From the NCBI GenBank assembly GCA_045588365.1, contig JAZNEB010000012.1, positions 1,245 to 65,244 on the forward strand: a stretch of DNA of 64,000 nucleotides. Reading direction: 5' to 3'. The notes under the pieces are model-generated. The model searched no databases. It was not told where the DNA came from and saw only the letters and a program-made list of their open reading frames with translations. This stretch comes from Clostridia bacterium. Lineage in GTDB: Bacteria; Bacillota; Clostridia; CAKSNL01; HGM11501. Positions 8,917 to 18,028 of this stretch are shown here, piece by piece. The first letter of the stretch is position 1; every line of letters begins with the position of its first letter. The translations under genes and the position numbers were made by a program.

Positions 8917-11025
8917 ATGAAACTTAAAAGTAAAAATTTATTGAAGATTTTTTCCTGCCTCTTACTGGTAGCAAGTATTTTATCAGGTTCGTTACTTATT
9001 CATGCGGAAGATCCCTATGGTGGTTATAACTATAACTACTACGGTAAAGCTCCTTCTCCCAACGGATACATTCCTGTTTCATCATTAAACGGAAATGAAT
9101 GGGGAGTAGGATACCTTAAGGCCCCTGCAGATATTTACGTTGACACAGAGGATAATCTTTATATTCTTGACACAGGAAACGGTCGTATCATCAAAACCGA
9201 CTCCGAGCTTAATCTTATAAAGGTTATTGATACTTTCACAACCCAGGACGGGGAAGCTTCTCCCCTTAAAAATCCTTTGGGTATATGTGTAACTCCCGAC
9301 GGAGAAATATATATCTGTGATACTGAAAATAACAGAGTTATAATTACAGACCAGGACGGTGTTATAAAAAGAACCTACTTAAAGCCTGTTACTGACCTGG
9401 TGGCAGAATCTTTGGTTTTCAAACCCAAAAAGATTGAAGTAACAGCAACCGGAGATATGTACGTACTGGCAGACAACATTGTTGACGGTGCCATGATTAT
9501 CGCAGAAAACGGTGAATTCGGCGGCTTTTTCGCAACTGATGCCGTAAACGTAACATCTGACGTTTTGAAGATTATGTTCTACAAAACCTTCATGACCGAA
9601 GAGCAGGTTAAGAAAATGATGTCCATTCAGCCCGTTCCCTTCGATAATATGTATCTTCAGGGAGACTTCTTATATACAGCTACTGTATATCTGAGAAATA
9701 AGGACCAGATAAGAAAAGTAAACCCTGCAGGAAAGAACCTTTTCCAGGATAATGAATATGGTGAATCATACATCGGCGGTGTAGGTGGCAGCGGATTTGA
9801 ACAGGCTGCCTTTACAGACGTAAATGTAAGCGAAAAGGGATTTTTCTATGCACTTGACAAAAACTTCTGTAAGGTGTTTGTTTACAATCAGGATAACGAG
9901 CTTCTTATGATATTCGGCGGTGATGACAAAAAATTAGGACATTTTATAAATCCCGTTGCAATAGAATCCATAGGCGATACAATTCTTATTTTAGATGGAA
10001 GCAAAAACAATATAACTGTTTTTGAACCCACATACTATGGTGAGCAGATAATGCTCGGCTCTTATATGTATGAGCACGGTATGTATGAAAATGCAATCGG
10101 TCCCTGGAAAGAGGTACTTAAGCTCAACACCAATTCGGAGCTTGCATATAAGGGTATAGCGAGAGCTGAATACTTAAAGGGCGATTACCTTGAAGCTATG
10201 GAGCATTATAAGGCTGCATACGACAGGGAAGGATATTCTGAAGCAAGAGAAAAATACAGAGGCAAATTTATAATGGATAACTTTGCCTGGTTTATGGCGG
10301 CAATAATTGCCATTGCGGTTATCATCTTTGTTTACGGTAAGAACAAAAAGAAGATTTTTGCAAAGATAGGATATAAGACGTTGGCTGAAACAGGCTATGC
10401 GGGAATGGCTAAGTGGAAGTATCCTTTCTATAATCTTTTACATCCCAGCGTTGGTATGAGCGAAATGAGATATAATAAGAAGGAATTTTTGCCCTATGCT
10501 TTATTATCTTCTTTCCTCTGGTATGCATCTGTGGTAATTTTGAGACAGTACGAGGATTATATCTTTAACAACACCAACACAAACAACATAAATATATTTA
10601 TGATACTGGCAACAACCATTGGAATTTTGCTGGTGGGATGTATTGCTAACTGGGCAATTACAACCCTGGTTGAAGGTAAGGGTACATTCAAGAACATATT
10701 CATTTATGCATCCTATGCCTTAATTCCCACTACAATAGCAAACCTGCTTGTAACAGTTCTGAGCCAGTTCATGGTAGAGAACGAAGCGGTTTTCGTTAAT
10801 ACCATTTTCTTTGTGGCTTACGCATGGACTGCACTTTTGATGTTCATGGGTATGATTACAGTACATCAGTTCACCACTAAAAAGGCAATTTTAATGACCT
10901 TGCTTACTGCAGTTGGTATGCTTGTAATAGTATTCCTTCTGATGCTTTTGGTTGTATTATACAGCCAGGTATCCACATTCGTTACAACAGTAAGCTACGA
11001 ATTGTTCTATAAGTTCTCATTATAA
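8917..11025 (+). CDS. NHL-repeat beta-propeller / TPR / Yip1-domain multi-pass membrane fusion protein
   Basis: Signal/TM at the N-terminus. Repeated NHL-like blades (YILDTGNGRIIKTD, IYICDTENNRVIITDQDG, ILILDGSKNNITVFE). A TPR-like stretch (AYKGIARAEYLKGDYLEAMEHYKAAYD). Then about 6 TM helices with Yip1-like topology. Confidence 0.55.
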   Translation: MKLKSKNLLKIFSCLLLVASILSGSLLIHAEDPYGGYNYNYYGKAPSPNGYIPVSSLNGNEWGVGYLKAPADIYVDTEDNLYILDTGNGRIIKTDSELNLIKVIDTFTTQDGEASPLKNPLGICVTPDGEIYICDTENNRVIITDQDGVIKRTYLKPVTDLVAESLVFKPKKIEVTATGDMYVLADNIVDGAMIIAENGEFGGFFATDAVNVTSDVLKIMFYKTFMTEEQVKKMMSIQPVPFDNMYLQGDFLYTATVYLRNKDQIRKVNPAGKNLFQDNEYGESYIGGVGGSGFEQAAFTDVNVSEKGFFYALDKNFCKVFVYNQDNELLMIFGGDDKKLGHFINPVAIESIGDTILILDGSKNNITVFEPTYYGEQIMLGSYMYEHGMYENAIGPWKEVLKLNTNSELAYKGIARAEYLKGDYLEAMEHYKAAYDREGYSEAREKYRGKFIMDNFAWFMAAIIAIAVIIFVYGKNKKKIFAKIGYKTLAETGYAGMAKWKYPFYNLLHPSVGMSEMRYNKKEFLPYALLSSFLWYASVVILRQYEDYIFNNTNTNNINIFMILATTIGILLVGCIANWAITTLVEGKGTFKNIFIYASYALIPTTIANLLVTVLSQFMVENEAVFVNTIFFVAYAWTALLMFMGMITVHQFTTKKAILMTLLTAVGMLVIVFLLMLLVVLYSQVSTFVTTVSYELFYKFSL

Positions 11026-11042
11026 GAAAGGAGAGTTTTGAT

Positions 11043-13400
11043 ATGAAAAAATATATTTCCTATATGTTAGTGTTTACTCTCCTTGTATCCTTAATGACAG
11101 GATTATTGGTGAGTGCTGATGAAACACAGGAAGCGGAAACTACAAATGCTTCAGTATTGAATCCTGAAATCATAGAAGCATTTATGGGAAACGTAAAAGC
11201 TAAAACTCCCGATAACAAGAGCATTGAAGACATTTTTGAGCTTATAGACGAAAATGAAAATCTCGCTCTTTATGCAGTTACCGAAAAAGCAACTGGCAGA
11301 GCGGGAGAAATAGCGCTTTTAGACAAAAATTCGGGCTATGTATGGAGAAGCAATCCCTTGGGAAGCAATGAGGATATAATAGGTAAGGCGTCAGGTCATG
11401 CTTATTACAGAACAAAATCTCAGCTGGTTATTTCCTACGCTTACGGATATAACTTCTTCGATACAAACTCTCACTATGAAAGCGTAATGTCTGATAAGAT
11501 AGAGGTTTTTAAAGAGGATAACTCCGTTAAATTTGTGTACAGATTCAGGGAAGTTGATTTTGTAATTCCTGTAAGATACAGCCTTGACGATGATGCATTT
11601 TCAGCGGAAATTCTCTTGAATGACGAGAAAGCCAAGTTTACCTATGAAATTATAGGTAAGGTAAATGCCGGAGGATTGGGTGAAACCGTCGAGCAGGAAA
11701 TAGAATATAACATAATGGATGTAAAGCTTCTTCCTGCATTCGGTGCTACCAGCTATAATGAAGATGGATATCTTTTCATTCCCGACGGTTCAGGTGCTTT
11801 GATTAACATGAATAACGGAAGAAAGAACATTTCTCAGCCTTATTCAGCGCCTGTTTACGGTAATTATACTGACAGTAAGTCCGAAGACTACAGCAAGGCT
11901 CATGACAGATTTATGCTTCCTGTTTTCGGAACCGTTAAAAATGACGGTCATGCCCTTATGGGCGTTATAAACGACAATGCTTCTGTAGGCTATGTAAACG
12001 CTGAAGTAAGCGGATATGAATCGGCTTATAACAAGGTTTATCCCTCATATCTTCATAAGATAATAAAGGGTTCTGACAAGGAAGGTAACGCTCAGCCCAT
12101 GAGTAAGGAACTGGCAGATCCCGAAAAGAATTTTTCCGTTAAGTATTACTGCTTAAGCGGAGATGAAGCTTCTTATGTTGGTATGGCAAAGCGTTACAGA
12201 AAATATCTTGTGGAAGAAAAGGGAATGACAAAGTCTGACGACCTTAAAGACGGTGCTCTTTTCCTTGATATGTATGCAGGTGTTGAAAAGAAGACAAGCA
12301 TACTTGGTATTCCCTGGAATAAATTTGAAGTAATGACAACCTATAAGGACTTAAGAGATATTTCTGACGATATGACAGAAAACGGCATAGACAGTGTGGT
12401 ATTTAAGTATAACGACTGGATAAAGAAATCAAACAGAAAGAAAATCCAGACAGCTCCGAACTTTGAAAGTTCAATCGGAGGCAAGAAGGGATACTTGAAG
12501 ACCAAGGAATATCTTGACGGCAAAAACATGAGTTTTTATCTTAACATAGACTTCATGAACTACTCTGAGTCAGGAAACGGCTATAACAGACTTTCCGATT
12601 CTGTTAAATATCCCAATCAGGCACCCGCTTATCAGTCAAGCGGAATAACCGCCCATGTAAACATGGGTACCAGATGGAATCTCTTGAAGGGCTATCTGGT
12701 AAAGGAAGCTGCTCTTGAATTTGCTGATAAGTGTGCAAAGTATAATATTGATTCCGTTTCTATTGAAAATATCGGCGGAACAATTTATTCGGATGGCTCC
12801 AATAAGGGCGGACATACAAGAGGCGAATGTATGAATTACTTTGCCGATATAATTTCAGGCTATAAGGAGAGAGGAATAAAGGTTCTTACAACAGAGCCCA
12901 GTGAATATGCGGTTATAAATTCTGATATTTTAATGGATATCCCCTCAAAGGATACTTACGTTGAAATTGCAGACGAGGCAGTTCCTTTCTATCAGATAGC
13001 TGTAAGAGGATACAAGACATATACAACAGAGCCCGTCAATATGTCCAGCAATTACCACAATGTGGTGTTAAATGCAGTGGAAAGCGGCTCAAGCCTTTTA
13101 TACAACCTTGTTGCGGGTGAAACCACAGACCTTAAGGAAACATACCTTAAGTATTTATACAGTTGTAACTATTCCCAGTGGAAAGACAATATAATAGAGA
13201 CCTACAAGGAATATTCAAAGGTAATGGGAGAAGTAAATGGTGCAGATATCGAAAATCACGAAAAGGTAGAAGAGGGAGTCTATAAGACAACCTACGACAA
13301 TGGTGTTTCGGTTTATGTAAACTATAATGACAGTGATTTTGTTACAGCTTCAGGTGAAGTGGTAAAGGCTAACGGATATATTGCAGAAAGGGGTGAGTGA
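11043..13400 (+). CDS. secreted 785-aa protein of unknown function (possibly DUF5696-like)
   Basis: Cleavable signal peptide with no lipobox and no recognisable catalytic motif. It is embedded between the two permease pairs of the locus. Confidence 0.4.
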   Translation: MKKYISYMLVFTLLVSLMTGLLVSADETQEAETTNASVLNPEIIEAFMGNVKAKTPDNKSIEDIFELIDENENLALYAVTEKATGRAGEIALLDKNSGYVWRSNPLGSNEDIIGKASGHAYYRTKSQLVISYAYGYNFFDTNSHYESVMSDKIEVFKEDNSVKFVYRFREVDFVIPVRYSLDDDAFSAEILLNDEKAKFTYEIIGKVNAGGLGETVEQEIEYNIMDVKLLPAFGATSYNEDGYLFIPDGSGALINMNNGRKNISQPYSAPVYGNYTDSKSEDYSKAHDRFMLPVFGTVKNDGHALMGVINDNASVGYVNAEVSGYESAYNKVYPSYLHKIIKGSDKEGNAQPMSKELADPEKNFSVKYYCLSGDEASYVGMAKRYRKYLVEEKGMTKSDDLKDGALFLDMYAGVEKKTSILGIPWNKFEVMTTYKDLRDISDDMTENGIDSVVFKYNDWIKKSNRKKIQTAPNFESSIGGKKGYLKTKEYLDGKNMSFYLNIDFMNYSESGNGYNRLSDSVKYPNQAPAYQSSGITAHVNMGTRWNLLKGYLVKEAALEFADKCAKYNIDSVSIENIGGTIYSDGSNKGGHTRGECMNYFADIISGYKERGIKVLTTEPSEYAVINSDILMDIPSKDTYVEIADEAVPFYQIAVRGYKTYTTEPVNMSSNYHNVVLNAVESGSSLLYNLVAGETTDLKETYLKYLYSCNYSQWKDNIIETYKEYSKVMGEVNGADIENHEKVEEGVYKTTYDNGVSVYVNYNDSDFVTASGEVVKANGYIAERGE

Positions 13401-14425
13401 TGATGGCAGAAAAGGAAAAGACAATTTCTACCGAAAAGGAAGAAGTAGTGCTTGATAGCGAAAGAAAGCCTTCCAAGGAAGAAATCAAAGCGGCAAAGGA
13501 AGCTGCAAAACGTGCAAAATTAAAAAGAAAAGCAGCATCAGCCTTAAGCACAAAGCAGGCGAGAGCGGGCTATTGGTTCATACTTCCCTGGGTAATAGGC
13601 GTTATATATCTCTTCTTGGTGCCCGTTATCACATCTCTTATATACTCCTTCAGTGATGTAAACGTAAGAGCAGGCGGTATCAAGCTTGCTTTTGCCGGAA
13701 TAGATAACTATATCTACATATTCAGAAAGAGTGAAACTTTCCTGCCCGCACTTTTGGACTCACTTAAGGATATGCTCTATCAGGTGCCGATTATAGTGTT
13801 CTTCAGTATGTTTATAGCGCAGATACTTAATCAGAAGTTCGTGGGAAGAACTATTGCGAGAGTAATGTTCTTCCTGCCTGTAATCATCGCATCAGGTGTT
13901 GTTCTGGAAATACTTTCACTTACTGGTATGAGCACAAACGTTTCTCTTGCAGGCTCATCCAACGTATTTACGTTCCAGGAAGAATCGGTAATTCTGAAGG
14001 TTATGAACCAGAGTGGATTAAGCCCCACGATTATCGAATACTTAAAGAGCCTTGTAAGTAATATCTTTGATATAACCTGGAAGAGCGGTATTCAGATTCT
14101 TTTGTACCTCTCTGCACTTCAGGGTATTCCCAAGTCATATTACGAAGTTTCTTCAATGGAAGGGGCTACTGCATGGGAAGAATATTGGAAAATCACATTC
14201 CCCTTACTTTCTCCCATGACATTGGTTTGCGTTGTATATACAATTATCGACTCCTTCACATATTATCAGAATGAAGTTATGCAGCTTATAGACCAGAACG
14301 GTATTGCAACAGGTAATGCAGGTATAGCTTCCGCTATGTCATGGACCTATTTCGTGATTATTGCGGTAATCCTGTTACTTATTGTGAAATTCGTTTTCGC
14401 TAAGACTGTATATACGGAAGAGTAA
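13397..14425 (+). CDS. carbohydrate ABC transporter permease with a Lys-rich cytoplasmic N-terminal extension
   Basis: TM helices and EAA-like loop (SSMEGATAWEEYWKITFPLLSP). The start overlaps the upstream stop (ATGA-type coupling). Confidence 0.8.
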   Translation: MMMAEKEKTISTEKEEVVLDSERKPSKEEIKAAKEAAKRAKLKRKAASALSTKQARAGYWFILPWVIGVIYLFLVPVITSLIYSFSDVNVRAGGIKLAFAGIDNYIYIFRKSETFLPALLDSLKDMLYQVPIIVFFSMFIAQILNQKFVGRTIARVMFFLPVIIASGVVLEILSLTGMSTNVSLAGSSNVFTFQEESVILKVMNQSGLSPTIIEYLKSLVSNIFDITWKSGIQILLYLSALQGIPKSYYEVSSMEGATAWEEYWKITFPLLSPMTLVCVVYTIIDSFTYYQNEVMQLIDQNGIATGNAGIASAMSWTYFVIIAVILLLIVKFVFAKTVYTEE

Positions 14426-14437
14426 GGAGGTGCCGAG

Positions 14438-15496
14438 ATGAAACCTGAGTTATCAAGACTTAACAAAAAAGAGTTTAAGGACGAAATGAAACGCCGTGAA
14501 GAGGAAATGAAAACCAGCGGCAAGGAAAACAGTATAGGCTTAAAGCGTTTCGGCTCTGCATACTTCAAAAAACAGATGTTCCACTTCCTTTATGCACTGT
14601 TTCGTGCCTTCCTTATAATCGGACTTTCTTACCTGGTTTTATATCCTGTATTTAAAATGCTCAGTAATGCATTCAGTGCAGACTATGTAAAATCGGCTAC
14701 AACAATATGGATTCCCAACAATTTCGGACTTCTTAACGTTGAATATGCATACAGATTCTTAAAATATGCAGAAAGCTTCTGGACCAGCGTTAAGGTTTCT
14801 TTGGGAAGTGCCCTTTTGCAGGTTGTATCCGCAGCTATTACAGGTTACGGTTTTGCAAGATTTAAGTTTAAGGGAAGAGGAGTTTTATTTGCACTTGTTA
14901 TATTAACAATGATAGTTCCTCCTCAGACTTATCTTATCTCTATGTTCATGACCTACAGAAAGTTTGACTTCTTTGGTATTTTAGACATCGTTTCACTTAT
15001 TGTAGGCAAGGATCAGAGCATCAACTTAATCGGTACAGCCTGGACAATGTGGATTCCCGCTATTTTGGGTGTAGGCTTAAGAGGCGGACTCTTTATATAC
15101 ATCTTCAGACAGTTCTTCAGAGGAATGAGCAAGGAGCTTGAAGAAGCTGCATATATCGATGGATGCGGTCCTTTCATGACATTCTTAAAAATCATGGTTC
15201 CCAATGCATTATCTTCAGGACTTGTAGTATTCTTGTTCTCACTGGTATGGCATTGGAACGACTACTTTACAACTTCAATGATGTACACAGTTGCCAACAA
15301 GCCCAGACCTCTTACTCTTACTCTTATGGCAGAGTGGAATAAGGTTGGAAATATGCTTAGAGGTGAGGCAGAATTAAATACAAACTACGTGCTCAATGCA
15401 GCTTGTATGCTTGTAATCTTCCCCTTGCTTTTGGTATTTACCGTTGCACAGAAGTTCTTTATTGAAAGTATGGATAAAGTCGGTATTAAAGGCTAA
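14438..15496 (+). CDS. carbohydrate ABC transporter permease (MalG-like)
   Basis: EAA motif EEAAYIDGCGPFMTFLKIMVPNA and multiple TM helices. Confidence 0.85.
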   Translation: MKPELSRLNKKEFKDEMKRREEEMKTSGKENSIGLKRFGSAYFKKQMFHFLYALFRAFLIIGLSYLVLYPVFKMLSNAFSADYVKSATTIWIPNNFGLLNVEYAYRFLKYAESFWTSVKVSLGSALLQVVSAAITGYGFARFKFKGRGVLFALVILTMIVPPQTYLISMFMTYRKFDFFGILDIVSLIVGKDQSINLIGTAWTMWIPAILGVGLRGGLFIYIFRQFFRGMSKELEEAAYIDGCGPFMTFLKIMVPNALSSGLVVFLFSLVWHWNDYFTTSMMYTVANKPRPLTLTLMAEWNKVGNMLRGEAELNTNYVLNAACMLVIFPLLLVFTVAQKFFIESMDKVGIKG

Positions 15497-15498
15497 AA

Positions 15499-15540
15499 TA
15501 AAAAATCACTTCGCAAAGCGAAGTGATTTTTTATTTTAAA
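15499..15540. terminator. bidirectional rho-independent terminator
   Basis: Hairpin aaaaatcacttcgc-aaa-gcgaagtgattttttatttt after the last permease, followed by a second hairpin gcaccaatcttttaagattgatgc. Confidence 0.7.
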
Positions 15541-15587
15541 ATTTCATTGAAAAAAGCACCAATCTTTTAAGATTGATGCTTTTTTCT

Positions 15588-15676
15588 TGGTGCCCGAGAC
15601 CGGAATCGAACCGGTACGACTTTTAACGGTCGCAGGATTTTAAGTCCTGTGCGTCTGCCAGTTCCGCCACTCGGGC
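15588..15676 (-). tRNA. tRNA-Leu (anticodon UAA), class II with long variable arm
   Basis: The reverse complement reads gcccgag...caggaCTTAAAAtcctg...ggttcgattccgg...ctcgggcACCA. It has a 7-bp acceptor stem, anticodon loop cuUAAaa, a long variable arm, a T-loop GGTTCGATTCC and an encoded CCA. Confidence 0.9.
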
Positions 15677-15769
15677 TCACCACAAAAAATAGAATACCAT
15701 AATTTTGGGGATTTGTCAAGAGAATAATGAGAAAAATAAGAAAGAATTTAAGAATAAAAAGGTTTAATA

Positions 15770-15798
15770 TTGACAAAATATTTTTAAGGCTTTATTAT
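15770..15798 (+). promoter_or_regulatory. sigma-A promoter of the FTR-like/trx/rubrerythrin operon
   Basis: TTGACA (15770-15775), 17-nt spacer, TATTAT (15793-15798), RBS ggagg before the ATG at 15833. Confidence 0.55.
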
Positions 15799-15832
15799 AT
15801 AGATAGGAAAAATATTACATTGGAGGATTTAT

Positions 15833-16033
15833 ATGGCAGTAAAGCTTAATCCTGATAAAGAAGTGGTCAGAGTTATAAAGGAAGGGCTTAAGAAAAAAGG
15901 CGGATACTGTCCTTGTATAATAGAAAAAAGCGAAGACACCAGGTGTATGTGCAAGGAATTCAGAGAGCAGATAAAGAATCCTGATTTCGAAGGCTTTTGC
16001 CACTGTATGCTCTACTATAAATCAAAAGATTAA
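15833..16033 (+). CDS. small ferredoxin:thioredoxin reductase catalytic-subunit-like protein (CPC...CxC...CHC cysteine cluster)
   Basis: The 66-aa protein carries CPC, CMC and CHC triads spaced like the 4Fe-4S/disulfide site of FTR catalytic subunits. It sits directly upstream of thioredoxin. Confidence 0.5.
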   Translation: MAVKLNPDKEVVRVIKEGLKKKGGYCPCIIEKSEDTRCMCKEFREQIKNPDFEGFCHCMLYYKSKD

Positions 16034-16044
16034 AGGAGAAAACC

Positions 16045-16353
16045 ATGAGTGAAATAAAAATAACCAAAGATAATTTTGAAGAAATATTAAATCAGGATAA
16101 AAAGGTTTTAATCGATTTCTGGGCAACATGGTGCGGTCCTTGTCAGATGCTTTCGCCCATAATAGAGGAAATTGCAAAGGAAGCAAACGGAGAATATATA
16201 GTGGGAAAGGTAAACGTTGACGAAGAAGGAGAACTGGCAGCGGCATTTAAGGTTCAGAGCATACCTTATCTTGTAGTATTAAAGGATAAAAAAGTTGTAA
16301 AAAATGCCCTTGGGTATATGTCCAAGGAAAAGGTTTTAGAGCTTTTAGATTAA
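16045..16353 (+). CDS. trxA: thioredoxin
   Basis: WATWCGPCQM active site. Length 102 aa. Confidence 0.92.
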   Translation: MSEIKITKDNFEEILNQDKKVLIDFWATWCGPCQMLSPIIEEIAKEANGEYIVGKVNVDEEGELAAAFKVQSIPYLVVLKDKKVVKNALGYMSKEKVLELLD

Positions 16354-16365
16354 AGGAGGATAATT

Positions 16366-16902
16366 ATGAGTAAGTACAAGGGAACAAAAACAGAAAAAAA
16401 TTTAGAGGCAGCCTTTGCAGGTGAGTCTCAGGCAAGAAACAAATATACATATTTTGCATCAAAAGCAAAAAAAGAAGGTTTCGAGCAGATTGCAGCACTC
16501 TTTTTAAAGACTGCCGACAACGAAAAGGAACACGCTAAAATGTGGTTTAAGGAGCTTAACGGTATAGGTGATACCAAAGAAAACCTTCTCCACGCTGCCG
16601 AGGGCGAGAACTATGAATGGACCGATATGTACGAAGGATTTGCCAAAGATGCCGAAGAAGAGGGCTTTTTGGAGCTTGCAGCTAAGTTCAGATTGGTTGC
16701 AGCAATCGAAAAGCATCACGAGGAAAGATACCGTGCACTTCTTAAGAATGTTGAAATGGCAGAGGTTTTCGCAAAGAGTGAAGTCAAGGTTTGGGAATGC
16801 AGAAACTGCGGACATATCATTGTGGGAACAAATGCTCCTGAAATCTGTCCCACCTGCGCTCATCCCCAGAGCTATTTTGAAATCCACGCTGAAAATTATT
16901 AA
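16366..16902 (+). CDS. rbr: rubrerythrin
   Basis: Ferritin-like diiron domain ([27 protein letters not shown]) plus a C-terminal rubredoxin-like Cys4 (CRNCGH...CPTCAHP). Confidence 0.9.
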   Translation: MSKYKGTKTEKNLEAAFAGESQARNKYTYFASKAKKEGFEQIAALFLKTADNEKEHAKMWFKELNGIGDTKENLLHAAEGENYEWTDMYEGFAKDAEEEGFLELAAKFRLVAAIEKHHEERYRALLKNVEMAEVFAKSEVKVWECRNCGHIIVGTNAPEICPTCAHPQSYFEIHAENY

Positions 16903-16907
16903 AATAA

Positions 16908-16932
16908 AAAAGTTGGGCAACGCCCAACTTTT
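16908..16932. terminator. bidirectional terminator between rbr (+) and the Gfo/Idh/MocA gene (-)
   Basis: Hairpin gttgggc-aac-gcccaac flanked by A-run and T-run. Confidence 0.7.
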
Positions 16933-16937
16933 TTATT

Positions 16938-18020
16938 TTATTTACCGTATCTCATTATATGTTTGTTCTGTGCCTTAACCATACTGATGGTCTGCATGAT
17001 AGCTAAAATGTCGGTATCTGTAATGGGGAACTCAGCTCCGTTTACATAAGAATCGTAAAGATACTGCCAGAAGTCAGCAACGGTAGTTCCGCCTGCAACA
17101 GCTTCAATTTCTTCAGTAACCCAGTTGATGGAGAAGGAGGATTCATAAGTACCGGTTTTTCCGAAAGCGGCACCGGGAGTCTCAGGGCTTGAGATTATTT
17201 CGGGAACAACCTGTTCGGGATCTATATAACGAAGCTTGATTTTGCCATCTTCAAATACGGCAGCACCTCTGTCGCCGAATACTTCGTAATTTCTTCCGCG
17301 TCTTAATGCCTTACCGCCGCTTATGCACATGTTAACAACTCTGTCGTTATCGCCGATGAAACGGATACGCAAATGGTCTTCGCAATCACCGCCTGCGGTT
17401 ACCTGATGAACATAGCTCTGCATTTCAAAGGATGATGTTCCCAAAAGCTTAAGAGACTGGTCAATAATGTGGGGACCCCAGTTAAGAAGCTGTCCGCCAC
17501 CGTATTCTGAAAGTGTCTGCCAGTCATCTCTGTGCTGGAAGTCATTCTGCTCAGTGTTGATTTCATATATTTTGCCAAGCTTACCGGAATTTACTATATC
17601 CATAATCTTCAAAAAAGCGTCCTCAAAGCGTCTCTGCTGATGAACGTAAAGTCTGGGAGCACCTTCTTTGTTGGAGTGCTTATATAAATCAAGAATTTCT
17701 TCATAGGAAATGGTAGCGGGCTTTTCAAGAAGAACATCCTTTCCTGCATTAAGAGCCATAAGGGTATGCTTGTGGTGGTCGCAGGAGCGTGTTGCAACGT
17801 AAACTATATCAATGTCTTCCTGCTTAAGCATTTCCTCGTAATCTGCATAAGTTTTGCAGCCGAAGGTGTTTGCCATTCTTTCACGACGCTCTTCAACAAG
17901 GTCGCAGGCTGCGACGATTTTATACTTATCGGAATAGAATTTGTTGATTTCATCCTTTGCCATATGCCAACCGATTCGGCCGATACCAACGATACCTAAG
18001 TTAATTACTTTCATAATCAA
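16938..18020 (-). CDS. Gfo/Idh/MocA family NAD(P)-dependent oxidoreductase
   Basis: N-terminal Rossmann motif NLGIVGIGRIG and the C-terminal alpha/beta domain typical of the family. Confidence 0.85.
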   Translation of the reverse strand: MIMKVINLGIVGIGRIGWHMAKDEINKFYSDKYKIVAACDLVEERRERMANTFGCKTYADYEEMLKQEDIDIVYVATRSCDHHKHTLMALNAGKDVLLEKPATISYEEILDLYKHSNKEGAPRLYVHQQRRFEDAFLKIMDIVNSGKLGKIYEINTEQNDFQHRDDWQTLSEYGGGQLLNWGPHIIDQSLKLLGTSSFEMQSYVHQVTAGGDCEDHLRIRFIGDNDRVVNMCISGGKALRRGRNYEVFGDRGAAVFEDGKIKLRYIDPEQVVPEIISSPETPGAAFGKTGTYESSFSINWVTEEIEAVAGGTTVADFWQYLYDSYVNGAEFPITDTDILAIMQTISMVKAQNKHIMRYGK

Positions 18021-18028
18021 ATCTCCTT

